In this document: one piece after another, positions 34,601-61,720 of the stretch
How positions within the stretch are numbered: the stretch's first letter is position 1
Layout: each line of letters opens with the position of its first letter
Source of the DNA: Octopus sinensis
Taxonomy: Eukaryota
Direction of reading: 5' to 3'
Length of the DNA stretch: 64,000 bases
Assembly: GCF_006345805.1 (NCBI RefSeq)
Contig: NC_043007.1
Coordinates: forward strand, 28,396,001-28,460,000
The notes under the pieces: model-generated
Databases searched by the model: none
Seen by the model: the letters and a program-made list of their open reading frames with translations, nothing else
Told to the model about the DNA's origin: nothing
Made by a program: the position numbers and the translations under genes

Positions 34601-37600
34601 AAGAGGTGCAGCAACATCAAAGGAAGGTCAACCAGGATGATAGCTTTTGTGTGCGTCAGATGCACAGGGACAATAAACACTGCAGATGCTCAGAAAACAG
34701 ACTCCATCACATGCCAGGGAGAGAAAGTAGTAGTAGTTGACAGCTTCTGCTACCTAGGTGACCAAGTCTGTAGTGTGGGGTGGAAGGCTCGGAGAGTGTT
34801 GCTTCTAGAATAAGAAAAGCCTGAACAAAGTTCAGAAAGCTCCTATCTCTACTGGTGACAAAGGGCCTCTCACTCAGAGTGAAAGGTAGATTGTATGATG
34901 CATGTGTGCAAACTGCCATGCTTTACAGCAGTGAAACATGGGCTGGGACTGCTGAAGACATGTGTAAGCTTGAAAGAAATGAAGCTAGCATGATCCGCTG
35001 GATGTGTAATGTCAGTGTGCATATACGACAGAGTGTAAGCACCCTGAGAGAAATGTTGGATATAAGAAGCATCAGATGTAGTATGCAAGAGAGACGACTG
35101 CACTGGTCATGTGCTGCGTATGGATGAGGAGAGCTGTGTGAAGAAGTGTCACTCCCTAACAATGGAAGGAACCCGTGGAAGAGGTAGACCCAGGAAGACA
35201 TGGGATGAGATGGTGAAGCACAACCTTCAAATGTTGGGTATCACAGAGGCAATGATGAAAGACCAAGACCTCTGGAGATATGCTGTGATTGAGAAGACCC
35301 AGCAAGTAATGTGAGATCAAAGCCATAGCCTATACCAGTGGTGCAAACCAGCCCTTTTAAAAAGTACCTTTTAATCGTCGGGCAACATGCCATGCTTGAG
35401 GAGATCTATTGAGCCAAGTAAAATCAAAATCAAAGCTCAATCAAAAATGGAAATTGTAGTTGTGGCTGATGCCAGTGCTGCCTGACTGGCTCTTGTGCTG
35501 GTGGCATGCGATGAGCACCATTCATGTGTGGGTCATTGGCAGTGTCGCCTGACTGGATCAGATTCGAGCCTGGTGCAGCCTCCTGGCTTGCCAGTTCCCA
35601 GTCAAAGCGTCCAACCCATGCCAGCATGGAAAACGGATGCTAAACGATGATGATGAAGCAGAGCAAGCCTTGCTGTTCACTCAAGAAAAGACACAGTAAA
35701 TAATCCACAAGCACTGAAGCAAACTGAGTCCTCAACACTTGTCCCATTTGCCGAAAGGCTTGCAAGGCACCAGCAGACCTCAAGAGACACATTCGTGCCC
35801 ATAGAACATTTTATTTTATTAACACAATATTTTACTGAACCCACATCTATCGTTCATGACAAGAGAATCCGTCATATATATACATACTTTAGTTGTGGAT
35901 TAACAAGGCTACTAATGGTAGCCACAGGAATATTGGTATTTGTCTCCATTTTGGATGAGAATACAAGATTTTGAGGAAGATAATATACATATTATAGTGC
36001 ACCTGAGCACTGTACACAATTATTATTATTATTATATCACGGGACGTAACTTGTAAGGAAATCTTAGTTGTTGCCTCCCCTGCATTAGCCCTGGGATATT
36101 CACAAGGAACTGCATGTTTTGTATGGATGTGCATGTACACATATACGTAATGTTTTTTTATAAATTTGGATGTGCACAAGCGTTCTCACATAAAATGATT
36201 CAAGAAGGGAGACAGGAATTAAGATTTCTTTATAAGTTACTTTCCATGATCTGTATATTTATTCATCCTGAAATTCCACACAGTCTCGTTTTTCCAAAAT
36301 GGGGATGAGCACTAGCGTTTCCATGTGACAGGCTCGAAAATTGATAAGAGATTTCTTTTTACGTGAAATCATTGGTAGCCTTCTTAACCCACAGATAAAG
36401 ATTTATTGACTAGTGTTGAACACTCATTATCACTGTTTGATATTAGCGTGTATGTATGTGTGTGTGCATAGATATAACAACATGAAGTATGCATACAAAT
36501 GAGTTAAATACGCAAACAACGAGACAAAAAAAAAACATGGAAAATAGGACAAGTAACACAAAGAACGACCCTTCATCAGTTGTTGACTGTCTATCTGCTC
36601 CTCATTCAACGGCAATATGAATCTTCGAAGACAGTTGCTTCCATAAATTCCAAAATAAAATTTTGGATTTATGGAGGCTCAAAGTTGGGAACAAAAACAG
36701 GACAGTGAAGACATACAAGGAAACTTAATGAAAACAAACATGGAGGGTCATTAGACCAGAACGAGAGGAAAATAGTAAATGCTGGATGAAATATTTTCTT
36801 TGAAAAGGGAAAAGATAGATGTCCAGTCCTTAGAAAGTCGTGCAGGAAAAGAAAGATGGATGATAGTCACGTGTGAGCAACGAGAGAGAGAAACTTACTT
36901 AGAAATGGATGCGTGGTATTCAATGAAATAATAATATAAATTCATCATCATCATCATCATCGTTTAACGTCCGCTTTCCATGCTAGCATGGGTTGGACGG
37001 TTCAACTGGGGTCTGGGAAGCCCGAAGGCTGCACCAGGCCAGTCAGATGTGGCAGTGTTTCTACAGCTGGATGCCCTTCCTAACGCCAACCACTCCGAGA
37101 GTGTAGTGGGTGATTTTATGTGCCACCGACACAGGTGCCAGACGAGGCTGGCAGACGGCCACGCTCGGATGGTGTTTTTTATGTGCCACCAACACAGGTG
37201 CCAGACGAGGCTGGCAGACGGCCACGCTCGGATGGTGTTTTTTATGTGCCACCGACACAGGTGCCAGACGAGGCTGGCAGACGGCCACGCTCGGATGGTG
37301 TTTTTTATGTGCCACCGACACAGGTGCCAGACGAGGCTGGCAGACGGCCACGCTCGGATGGTGTTTTCTTATGTGTCACCGACACAGGTGCTAGACGAGG
37401 CTGGCGGACGGCCACGCTCGGATGGTGTTTGTTACGTGCCCTCAGCACGGAAGCCAGTCATTGCGGTACTGGCTACGGTCACGTTCGGATGGTTTTCTTA
37501 TGTGCCACCGGCACTGGCACCACAAGGATACAAATTCCATTGATGTTCATCTATTTTGATTTGGTTCGATTTGATTTGATACGATTCGATTCGATTCTCA

Positions 37601-39329
37601 CTTGCCTCAACAGGTCTTCACAAGTGTCACAAGAAGGAAGGTATGCACAGGTGGACTGACTACGTCCCAGGTAGGGGCCACGGATTATGGCTTCACTAGT
37701 CTTGCGGGTCTTCTCACGCACAGCATACTTCCATAGGTCTCGGTCTCTAGTCATTTCCATGGTGAGACCTAACGTCCGAAGGTCGTGCTTCACCACCTCG
37801 TCCCAGGTTTTCCTGGGTCTACCTCTTCCACGGGTTCCCTCAACTGCTACGGATTGGCACTTTCTCACACACCTCTCTTCATCCATTCTCGCCACATATA
37901 TATTAGTAAAATTAAAAAAATGTTAAAGAAATGCTACAAAAATGTCATGCATTACCTCAAATTCAATGAGATTATTTGCCAGCTCTTTTACAGAAGAATT
38001 TCTAAAACAAACAAAAATATTGACATTTCAAATGAAGAAATTTGATTCATCATTTTTGATTACTTTCACCAACTTTAAGGCAGGGTGTAGTGCGGTGGGG
38101 TGGAGTATTGGTATGGTGCAGCGGGGGTGAAGTGTAGTTGACAGGGAACATTGACAATTGTGTTAGCTGAGGAAAGGGGCACTAATGATTTCTGGCCCAT
38201 AACTCTGAGCTCAGAATTTAAGATTTTGGCCATGGTACATGGTGCTTGTTAGTAATGTGGTTAGGAGCATGTAGATGTGCAGGATTCCTGGCAGATCTAT
38301 TCACAACCATCTCTTTCCTCAAGCAATACATCCCAAAGTAGATGACTATTAACCCTTTTGTTAACAACCCGACTGAAACCACCACTTGCTCTGAAGTACA
38401 AATGTCTCATTTTCATAAATCTTCCACCAAACTTTAGTCACAATTTATGTTTCTAACACTAGCTTAATGATAACTAAGTTATTTGACTAAATTCTCAGTT
38501 ATATTTAAAATTAATTGAAAGAAACACAGAGCATCTCAAAATAAATACGATAATGAAAGGGTTAAATATGGTTTTTATGAAGCTCTGATCCATTCGGATC
38601 AATCCAAAGCTTTAGACAAATTTGCCTATCAGTATTCAGTGCAACTAGTTTTGATTTTGTTTGTAGGTTGGGTCCCTTCAATGTCAAGAAGCTTTTTTGT
38701 TCTGTAACCAGACTAAATGGCCACTGGTCAAAACCATTTCAAATCTCATGCTTAATCCATGTCCTTTCACATTGCTCCTACATATTTTATCTCACGAGCC
38801 AGTGTTGCAGAAGAGGTGTTGAGGGGCATCCCATTTCATCTAGGATACAAGAAGGCTGTGTCAATGTATGCAGACAACATCACCACAGAAATCATGCTGG
38901 TCAGCACCACACTGAAGGAATAGGAAGGAGTAACACGAGGAAGCATTAATTAGTGGGTTTGCAATTCAGTAGCTTTCATCCCTCCTGCATCAAGCACTGG
39001 AACTGGAGGTGTTAACTAATCCCTCCCCTCAAAACAGCTGACCTTATGCCAAAGAAATCACTGTTAGAGTGGTGTGTGAGAGAATTCTTTATTTAGTTGT
39101 ATCTCTTTACATTCTGAGTTCAAATCCTGCTGTAGTCAACTCTATATTTCATCCTTTCAGAGTAAATAAAATACCCAACAGCTATGATTGAATTAACTAA
39201 AAACCCTTCACAAAAGTTGTGGCTTTGTACCAAAGTCAGATATTAATTTCAAGGACTTGTAAAATCAATAACACTAGACAAAGTATTTAAGTCCCTTCAT
39301 GTTTTGTTGATTTGGGTAAATAGCGAAGA

Positions 39330-39360
<31 letters not shown>

Positions 39361-42300
39361 ATAATAATAATAATGTTCTTGAATTGTCTCTAACTAACAC
39401 CATGCCAGTATGGAAAATGGACGTTAAATGATGATAACCCCTACACATTTCGGGTTAATGTAAGAATTCATCATCATTATTATTATTATAGCGTGCTCTT
39501 AGTGGGATCCACTCTGTTGTAAATATTTAAACTAGGGCCCCAGCTTAACTTCTTACTAGTGTTAAAATCTCTAGACCTAAATGGAAAATGAGATTGAAAA
39601 GCTGAGCTGGGCTGGAACTAATCCTATTCCTCTTTGGTGTTTGATTGGTGAAAAGGTGTTAGTATAGTTTTGTTAGCCAGAGACTATCATCTTGGACAAG
39701 GACACCCTCTGAATCGCATCCAATATTTACTGAGATTATTCCTCTGCTATCCAGCCAATCTACTACGAGGGGAATTCCAGAGTTTTGAGACTTTTTTTAA
39801 GAGAGGCAGTTATAACTGTCCTAGATTATTGTAATTTTGGTCTCTCATCACTACTTCATATATCTAATAAGCTGACCTGCCAACTCTTTTTTTAATTTTT
39901 ATTCCAGATTGAAGAAGTTGGAGAGTTTGATAAGATCTTGTTTGATAACAACACTTTGAACACACTCCACCAAACATTGCTTGTTACAGGTGACTAGTTT
40001 GCAGAATGCAATCAGGATGTAAATAAATCTGGAAGCTTGCTATGCAAACTGGGGACGGATGAACACGCACACACACATACACTACAGAAACTTATGAAAC
40101 TCTTCAGACTGCTTATGGATTAACTTGTCTGAGACGAGCATCTGTTTTATGCCAGAACAAGAGGTTCAAGGACAATAGAGAGGAGGTGAGTGACAATAAG
40201 AGGTGCAAGAAAGAAAGGAACATCAGAACTAGTTGAGAAAATTCACAATTTTTTGCATGAAGGCCCAAGTATTTTTATCATCATTAGAGTGTACTGGGTG
40301 CTTCTTTACAAGGTGCCAGCACAGGCACTATTTTATGTGGTGCCAGCACAGGTGATTTTTTACAAGATACCAGTATGGGAACTTTTTTATGAAGTGCTTA
40401 TGCGGCACCAGTACAGGTGCATTTTACATGGCAGCAGCACCCATGAAGTTGTGACTTGGCTACCCCAGTAGGACAAGGAAGTGTTGAGGCAGAAGCATAA
40501 GCTCCTCCACCTACACCCACCTCAATGTGGCAACTATACACAGAATTATTTATGAAGGTCTGAGCATGTGCAAAGTTTGTTCTCAGGGTGCTCAATGATG
40601 AACAGAAGGAAAGATGCATTGGTAACAGCAGGGAGATCGTTGAGCTCATTACTGCCAATCCAAGTGTACTTTTGAGTCTCTCATGACTTGTGAAAAAAGC
40701 TGGATCTGTTATGATCCAGAGACAAGGAGACAGTACCTAATGGAAGTATCCTGACCCTGCCAGACACAAGAAGGTCAAGCAAAGCATGTCCACTAGGAAG
40801 CTCGTGGTAGCCCATTTTTTCAACAGCAAGGGCATCATTTATATACACTGGGTCCACTCTGGTCAGATAGTCAACAAAGAGCACTTTGTGGAGGTTCTGA
40901 GAGAGTTGAGGAAAAAATTTCATCACAAAAGGGTCAGAGCTCTTCCACTTGGGTCAGTGGCCCCTGCACCAGGACAATACATCAGTCCATGATTCCATTC
41001 TGATTACTAACTACTTGATAAATATTGGTATCAGAACTGTCCTTCACCTTCCCTGCAGTCCAAACGTTGTTCCCTGTGACTTTTGATTGTTTCACAAGCT
41101 GAAGGAAAACCTCAGGGCTAGTTGTTTTGAAGATATTGAGATGAAGAAAGCTGTGACAAGGGTCCTGGGCACGTTCACTTTGGAGGATCTCCACCAGGCT
41201 TTCCTAAAATGACTCCTCGAATGCTACAATAAGAGCATTGAAGTCAGACAATCCTACTTTGAAGGAGATTAGAATTTTGTACTTCTTCTGGAATGAACCC
41301 CATATACTTTATCAATTCCTGAAGAATGAAAGGCCAAGGCAGTATTTGAACTGATGAAGTCATCATTTCTAACAGCTTTACCACTAGATAAAACAACCCA
41401 CAATATAATTTAGTTAAAATTATTTACCTGAAATGCTTTCCTAGCTGTAAATCCAGTTCCTTTCGATTTTGAGAGCCAATGCTGTTGTAAATTCAGTAAA
41501 ACAGGAAGATGTAAATAAAAAATGTTTTGTTAGATAAAAAAAGAATTTCAAACATTAAATATTATCACCACCATCATTACTATTATATACATCTACATTT
41601 TGTCCTCCTATTATAATAGAGCAGGAATATTTTTTGTTACAAACTCAAACTTCTATATATCATTAGAGAAATAGTTTTAAAATAAGTTCCCTTCTTATAG
41701 CAAACTAGTCATACATGATGTAGGAATTGTACCTGGGAAAAATAAGGAGACAAACAGTTTTATGGGTTCATCCTTAGAACAACCAAAAGTCTTTTGCTAC
41801 TGTTTTTTGTGACTTCAGTTAAATAATAGACAGATGCATTGAGTTATATTGAAATTGAAAAATTAAGTTTAATTTTCAGATGTCATTTTTGCAACAACAA
41901 TGTCACACTGCATCACCTTAACTGTTTACACTGCAATGTGAGTTTCAAATTTTGGCACAAGGTTAGCAATTTTGAGGGAGGAAGGAAGTCAATGACATCA
42001 CCCCCCCCCCCAGGGCCCAACTGATAATTATTTCACTGACTCCAAGAGGGTGAAAGGCAAAGCTGACACTGGCAGAATTTGAACTCAAAATATAAAGACA
42101 AACAAAATACTTGGCATCATTTTGTCTGGCATGCTAACAATTCTTCCAAATCACCTCTTGTTTATAAGACATATTAGGGAAGTTAACACTATAGATGATT
42201 TGGGAGGGGGTGATTTCTTCACACTAACATTGGTTGGATTTTTTAACTAAGTCTTTCAAAGTCACTTTTTTTCTCTACATTTAACAGGTTCTCACCCACA

Positions 42301-44162
42301 TGACTTTTTATCCATAGAATTATGTTTGGGTAGTTTAACTGTCAAATAAAGGACATTCTTGACCTAATAAGGTTCCTGTGCTGATCATAAGGTCTATATC
42401 ACAACACATTTACTACATAATCACTATATTAAACACTGAGTTAATGTCATCTTATGCTTTCAGAAATTCATCTTGCAAATATTGAATTTGAATACCTTAC
42501 CTTCTAAACAGTGTATTGTATGTTTTGGCGAGCTGAAACATTTTCCCCACTTTTGAAGAAATGAAATTTTCAAGACTGTCTGAAAAACACAAATTATATA
42601 AAGAAAAGTTAAATAGGGGTTTTACAAGCACATAAGGGCAAGACAAACAAATCACAGTTTTTCAAGCTCACAAATGCAGGTGCCATGAAAAAACACTCAG
42701 TGCATTCTGTATAATGGTTGTCTGGCAGTATAAACCATTCTCAAGCACTGAATGCTACACAGTCCTCTGACCTTTCAGATCTTATCAAACTCTCCAACTA
42801 ATGACAGCAAGTAAGAAGCTGATGGTGATATGCTATTTGATTTTTATTGAGGAAGAGACTCAAGGAAAATAGAAAGCAAAGACAATCTGGGCAGGATTCA
42901 AACATAAATCATTCTATTGATTTTGGCACTAATATGTTAATTATTTAGGTTCAAAGTCAATTGAAGTTGACTACATCGAATACAGTGTATAACTGGTGCT
43001 GCATATATCAACCTTAGTGTACCTTCCTGTTCCTTACTGATTATAAATTCCACTGATCTTAAACATTAAGATTGTAGAATTACTAAAATCCTAGCTTATG
43101 GAGCAATACGTATAGTAAAGAACGTTTCAAAGAAGGTACAACATTGGTAACATCAGTAATGCCGCCAAGGTCAGTGCTTGGGTACTCAGCACTTTCGATC
43201 AGCCCTACAATGTACACTACCAACTTCTTCAATAACACCTTCCAACTATCTTCACTACACCAGCAGGAAATTGCAGTTCAAAAATTATAAGCGATAAAAA
43301 AAAAAATCAATAAGTTTTATGATCAAGCACACCATGGAGTAAATTTGTAACTAGGCAAAATTTGAAATATTTCACACCAAATCGTGTGGCATAAAACCAC
43401 ACAAGCCTCTCGCCCCCCTCCATCCCTCAACCCATGTTGTCCAATCTTCTTTATTCCAAGAGTGCTCACATGTTCTTATTAAGTTGTTATTAACTGGATT
43501 AAAAAATTTTGTGTAAGTTATTTGAGTGCTGCAGGTGATCGTCCATTCAATAGAACCGGCTCTCGAGCGCCCAACATCTTTGCAGTATTTAGTTACCATT
43601 ATAATGTAATAGACGAACATATGCAAGCTGTGTACAAAAACTGTCCTGCAAAATGGAAACAGCAAACTGAATTTATTTACGCTTATATTTCACTGCACAA
43701 ATGTAAGAGATGAAATATGTAAAGAAAACTAGTTTTTTCTTTCCATTTACATTCTGTGATCAAATCTAGACGAGGTCACCCGTTCCTTTCATCCTTCTGA
43801 AGTGGATATTAAATATGCAACCAGTCAAGTATAAGGTCAATTGGGCGATTCTTACGTTAAATAGCCGACCAATTTGCACACCTCATACTCCTACTTTCTT
43901 CAAAAAGGAAGATGTATTAGAAAACGGTAAAACTAAGAAGCGACTTGGAATGCCTTTCATCATCTGCTCAATTCGGGCAAAACTGGGGTTAAACAGCAGA
44001 ATTAAATATCATACCTTTCCTGTTAAATTCTGCAATGCCATCTTCAAGAATGATTTTACCGTGTTTCAAGAATTCTCCAAGTGCAGCGGAAATATTTGAG
44101 GTGAAATCAGAATTTGATGCAAACGATTCTGACGTTTGACCTCGACATGTGTCGTTGGCCAT
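19982..44162 (-). CDS. SELENOL: Selenoprotein L (UxxU diselenide, PRXL2/AhpC-TSA-like thioredoxin fold), 10 coding exons, 320 aa
   Basis: Exons 44015-44162, 42501-42579, 41428-41481, 37956-38001, 33086-33337, 31918-32040, 26532-26570, 24826-24924, 23848-23955 and 19982-19996 join with GT-AG introns and compatible phases into 963 nt. Translation: MANDTCRGQTSESFASNSDFTSNISAALGEFLKHGKIILEDGIAEFNRKDSLENFISSKVGKMFQLAKTYNTLFRSIGSQNRKELDLQLGKHFRNSSVKELANNLIEFEIEWDQFLHTVDTALHGESHGKTKTLEVGDYLSQQLTVVDVLEGNSVTLDKLLPVFTSPYLLLVLQRHFAULPURKHVMELETWKSDLKALGCDVLLLFFGSQKSIKQWLAETKSSFPSFQDSSKNIYSALGLRRSVKEVFCMKTTQYYAAEMASDGIIPTPYKDFNEDIYQMGGDFIIDQTGKILFTYRSQTPSDRPSAEQILGTLKNFPV*. The RHFxUxxU motif, the C-terminal Q-MGGDF-x-D...G...S...DRP motif and the helical N-terminal domain match my recollection of SelL. 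Confidence 0.92.
22302..22655 (-). mobile_element. Young RTE 3'UTR copy with ~3 units of a 63-bp tandem repeat
   Basis: (CAT)n tail on the plus strand; near-identical to 36943-37180 and 52238-52410. Confidence 0.8.
23848..23955 (-). CDS. SELENOL: SelL coding exon 9
   Basis: Acceptor ttcttgctag; MGGDFIIDQTGKILFTYRSQTPSDRPSAEQILGTLK; donor AAG|GTCAGT. Confidence 0.9.
24826..24924 (-). CDS. SELENOL: SelL coding exon 8
   Basis: Acceptor ttatttacag; VFCMKTTQYYAAEMASDGIIPTPYKDFNEDIYQ; donor GTAAGG. Confidence 0.88.
25010..26234 (+). mobile_element. 5'-truncated RTE LINE (RT C-terminus + 3'UTR + (GAT)n)
   Basis: [29 protein letters not shown] and GRGRPRKTWDEVVKHDL, followed by the shared 3'UTR. 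Confidence 0.88.
26476..26910. repeat. Compound (TA)n/(CA)n microsatellite tracts flanking SelL exon 7
   Basis: (TA)n at about 26476-26503 and a mixed TA/CA tract at about 26640-26910; these produce the spurious YI/HT-rich ORFs. Confidence 0.9.
26532..26570 (-). CDS. SELENOL: SelL coding exon 7
   Basis: Acceptor ttttttctag; IYSALGLRRSVKE (the family's Y..LGL motif); donor GTAAGA. Confidence 0.88.
27060..27685 (+). mobile_element. 5'-truncated RTE LINE 3' end
   Basis: VEGTRGRGRPRKT...KHDLQMLG, 3'UTR and (GAT)n. Confidence 0.8.
28555..31620 (+). mobile_element. Penelope-like element remnants (GIY-YIG endonuclease and RT C-terminus; probably two partial copies)
   Basis: IKWNIIAK...KCELCITEKLNII...LNIRGE (28701-28886); FYPYLK...IQYINILSNH, IIWFTPP and STLKFSY (about 29750-30340); LEGQCL...VVYK...YTGST..FK.RY...CRLCLKE (about 30480-30730); ends at a (TA)n tract near 31625. 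Confidence 0.75.
31147..31229 (+). ncRNA. Type I hammerhead ribozyme motif associated with the Penelope-like element
   Basis: Stem I TATCT/AGATA; CTGATGA (31152-31158); stem II AGGAAATGCA/TGTATTCCCT with an extended internal hairpin; GAAA (31213-31216); near-palindromic stem III TGATCG; GTA cleavage triplet ending at 31224. Confidence 0.75.
31918..32040 (-). CDS. SELENOL: SelL coding exon 6
   Basis: Acceptor cattttgcag; SDLKALGCDVLLLFFGSQKSIKQWLAETKSSFPSFQDSSKN; donor GTGAGA. Confidence 0.88.
32488..32696. mobile_element. 209-bp MITE-like element
   Basis: Terminal CCGTTTA...TAAACGG, with TTAA on the right flank only. Confidence 0.4.
33086..33337 (-). CDS. SELENOL: SelL coding exon 5, carrying the UxxU motif (TGA at 33130-33128 and 33121-33119)
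   Basis: Acceptor ttcttttacag; 84 codons, phase 0 at both ends; IEWDQFL...LLLVLQRHFA-TGA-CTA-CCC-TGA-RKHVMELETWK; donor GTAAGC. Confidence 0.93.
34340..35655 (+). mobile_element. 5'-truncated RTE LINE
   Basis: [25 protein letters not shown] and RGRGRPRKTWDE, then 3'UTR and (GAT)n. Confidence 0.88.
36943..37895 (-). mobile_element. RTE LINE 3' end with an expanded 63-bp VNTR in its 3'UTR
   Basis: RTE C-terminal ORF at 37551-37895 (GRGRPRKTWDEVVKHDL); units start at 37118, 37181, 37244, 37307 and 37371, then diverge; (CAT)n tail. Confidence 0.88.
37118..37433. repeat. 63-bp minisatellite, 5 near-identical copies
   Basis: Unit atgtgccaccgacacaggtgccagacgaggctggcagacggccacgctcggatggtgtttttt; contiguous, with no unique spacers. 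Confidence 0.92.
37956..38001 (-). CDS. SELENOL: SelL coding exon 4
   Basis: Acceptor tttgttttag; (R)NSSVKELANNLIEFE; donor GTAATG. Confidence 0.8.
38353..38561. mobile_element. piggyBac-like MITE (209 bp)
   Basis: TTAA on both flanks (38349-38352 and 38562-38565); TIR CCCTTTTGTTA vs CCCTTTCATTA. Confidence 0.65.
40540..41271 (+). mobile_element. mariner (DD34D-type) transposase remnant
   Basis: YDPETRRQ, FFNSKGIIY..W...GQIVNKE.F, LHQDN and a degenerate YSPDLAP.DF region, ending YFEGD*. Confidence 0.8.
41428..41481 (-). CDS. SELENOL: SelL coding exon 3
   Basis: Acceptor tttacaacag; (S)IGSQNRKELDLQLGKHF; donor GTAAAT; phases fit both neighbours. Confidence 0.75.
42501..42579 (-). CDS. SELENOL: SelL coding exon 2
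   Basis: Acceptor gtgtttttcag; (D)SLENFISSKVGKMFQLAKTYNTLFR; donor GTAAGG. Confidence 0.85.
44015..44162 (-). CDS. SELENOL: SelL coding exon 1
   Basis: ATG at 44162; MANDTC...EFNRK+G; donor GTATGA (phase 1). Confidence 0.8.
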
Positions 44163-44382
44163 CACCGGAAGTAAACACCTCTTTCTACGCACTGCCTTCT
44201 GGGAGTCGGTACGTGGCAGCCGAGTCGTGTCCACGTCTCTCCCTCCCACTTTCTCTCTCTGCCTTATTTACTCACTCTCTCTCCGCCTTATCTACTCACT
44301 CTCTATCTCGCTCTATCTCACTCTCTCTCACTCTCCACCATTACATCAGGTCGACATCATTCTGATTATTTCTGACATCGAA
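44163..44382. promoter_or_regulatory. Putative bidirectional promoter SelL <-> Sec23, including a likely non-coding first exon of Sec23
   Basis: Locally CpG-rich; ETS/GABP-type ACCGGAAGT at 44164-44172; long CT-rich tract at about 44235-44335; strong plus-strand donor GAA|GTAAGT at 44383; SelL ATG at 44162 on the opposite strand. Confidence 0.55.
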
Positions 44383-45128
44383 GTAAGTAAATATTTTGGT
44401 TCAACGCGACACAATTTTTCGTAAACTTTATCACCTTTTCTTCTTTCATCATTAACTTTTATATTGTCTATTTTTTTCGTTTTAATTACTTCGTTTCCTC
44501 AAACGTCACTTTTCCTCCGTCAACACGGTCGTTCTTCAATCTGCTAGAAACAGCAGCTAATTCTCTCTCGAATTTCGCCCTAACCTAAGAATTAGGAAGT
44601 TCCTGTTGAATAAGGTAGTCCTGTTTTACACTGTCTTTGAAAAAGACGGAATGGTCATAACTAGATTAGAGAGGGAATCAGTCATTGTAAGGGGATCATC
44701 CCTTAAAAATAATTGCGAAGTCGCCTTTTTATAAAAATAACGTTTCTTATTCTTCATTCTCGTGAATTATTAACAATTCTGTGAGGAATCGCCAGACAGG
44801 TGTGTATAGCGATTGTCTAACACACCGGACAATGAAAATATGTGTGTGTGGATGTTGATTGTCTTCATATATTTACAGTTACATACAAAACCCAGTCGAA
44901 CAATAATTGAGAGAAGAACTCAACACAAATCTCAATTTTTTACACCGAAATGGTTGGCAATAACTTCCAACTTTCGCCGGTTTTTTATGCGAAGTCAGTT
45001 AGTCTTTTCCTTGTGTGTTGTCGACTCCTTGCGCAGAGTTTGACCACCTCTTCTACCTACATCTTATGTACACATACCGACGTACGTTCTTCAATCTTTT
45101 ACATTCGGCGTGTTTTGTGACACTGATG

Positions 45129-45132
<4 letters not shown>

Positions 45133-45188
<56 letters not shown>
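45133..45188. repeat. (TA)n microsatellite
   Basis: Long pure TA run. Confidence 0.95.
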
Positions 45189-45191
<3 letters not shown>

Positions 45192-46383
45192 TAACAGGGT
45201 GGGGGCGACTCCATTGTCTATTTATTGTATCACTTATTCAGGGCTGTCCACAGCGAAACGCATTCCTTTAGAGTGGGAATCAGACATGTATGGTTTCGGT
45301 ATCGTAGATTTAAAAAGCCTGATCCAAATGTTTTAGTGAACTCTGCTAGACATTGTCTTTCCCAGTGGAAACCTGACAAACTAGTTGCCTTCAATATCCA
45401 AACAATTATCTCATATGTCATGGGAGTAAAAGCGTGACATTCTATACCCAGTAACAACTAGAACCTAACAGATCGTGCCGATCTTGCATGGTTTCATCCG
45501 TGATGGCTAAAACAAACCTTTAAGAACCAATAATAACTGTTCTTTCATTGTAACTCTGTATCTATAACAGACAAAACTACATCTCAAAATTTCTCTTTAG
45601 AACGAAGAAACTACTTCAGCTGCTGACTCTATACAAGTCACAATGCCAATCTAGAATTTTTCTAATATCCCTGAGATAAAGCACCTGCTAAACGTACAAA
45701 TATTCTAGACCATCTCCTTAAAATAGCATCTGACAGTTTGGCACTCATACACATTCTACAAATACTAACATAGTGTCATCTGTTCCATCACAAAAATGGG
45801 TGACCTGTTTGGCCCTAACATTTCAAAGATGACAGAAAGAGTTGTAAACAATCATTTCTTTCATCACCAGGAATGTTTCTGTTCCTTTATATATACATAC
45901 ATATATATATACACTGGCATATTACTTCCATAGGCCAATACCTACTGAAGACTTTCTTACAGGTCACCAATGATCCTTCATTTTTGACAACTTCATCAAA
46001 AGCAGTATTGCTGACTGAACATCGGGTAAAACCTTCAGCTACATCTTGTAAGAATTTCCTGGCTATACTGCCTATCTCCGGTCTATATGGTTTTCTTGTA
46101 CCATGTCATTGCAGCATGTTGCAGTTGGCTCTCTCTAATCCACATTCTATCGACTCCGGTGTTCCCTAGAGTTTGTCTCCCCACAGCCATTCTACTGTAG
46201 ACTAAGGACCAACTTACATCTCTTTGAATAATACTTCTACTCAGATACGACAGGTATCCTGCACAAGCAACCCCAACCTCACGGAACCAAGCTGTGTGTC
46301 TGATTTATGTCACACTTTATAACTTTTGGTGTTTGTTTGCTTCGATGGATTTCTCAAAAAATATCTTTATATCTTCTTTTTAA

Positions 46384-61720
<15,337 letters not shown>

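Noticed and set aside
36573-36579. Minus-strand CTGATGA as another hammerhead core
   Set aside because: No complementary stem II followed by GAAA...UH was found downstream; at most a decayed repeat.
36980-37659. CRISPR array or genuine repeat-protein ORFs
   Set aside because: The 63-bp units are contiguous with no unique spacers, lie in a LINE 3'UTR in a eukaryote, and the ORFs are a by-product of the period being a multiple of 3.
44163-44249. N-terminal extension of SelL from the ORF-track start at 44249
   Set aside because: That codon is GTG, not ATG, and it lies in the putative promoter; ATG 44162 is preferred.
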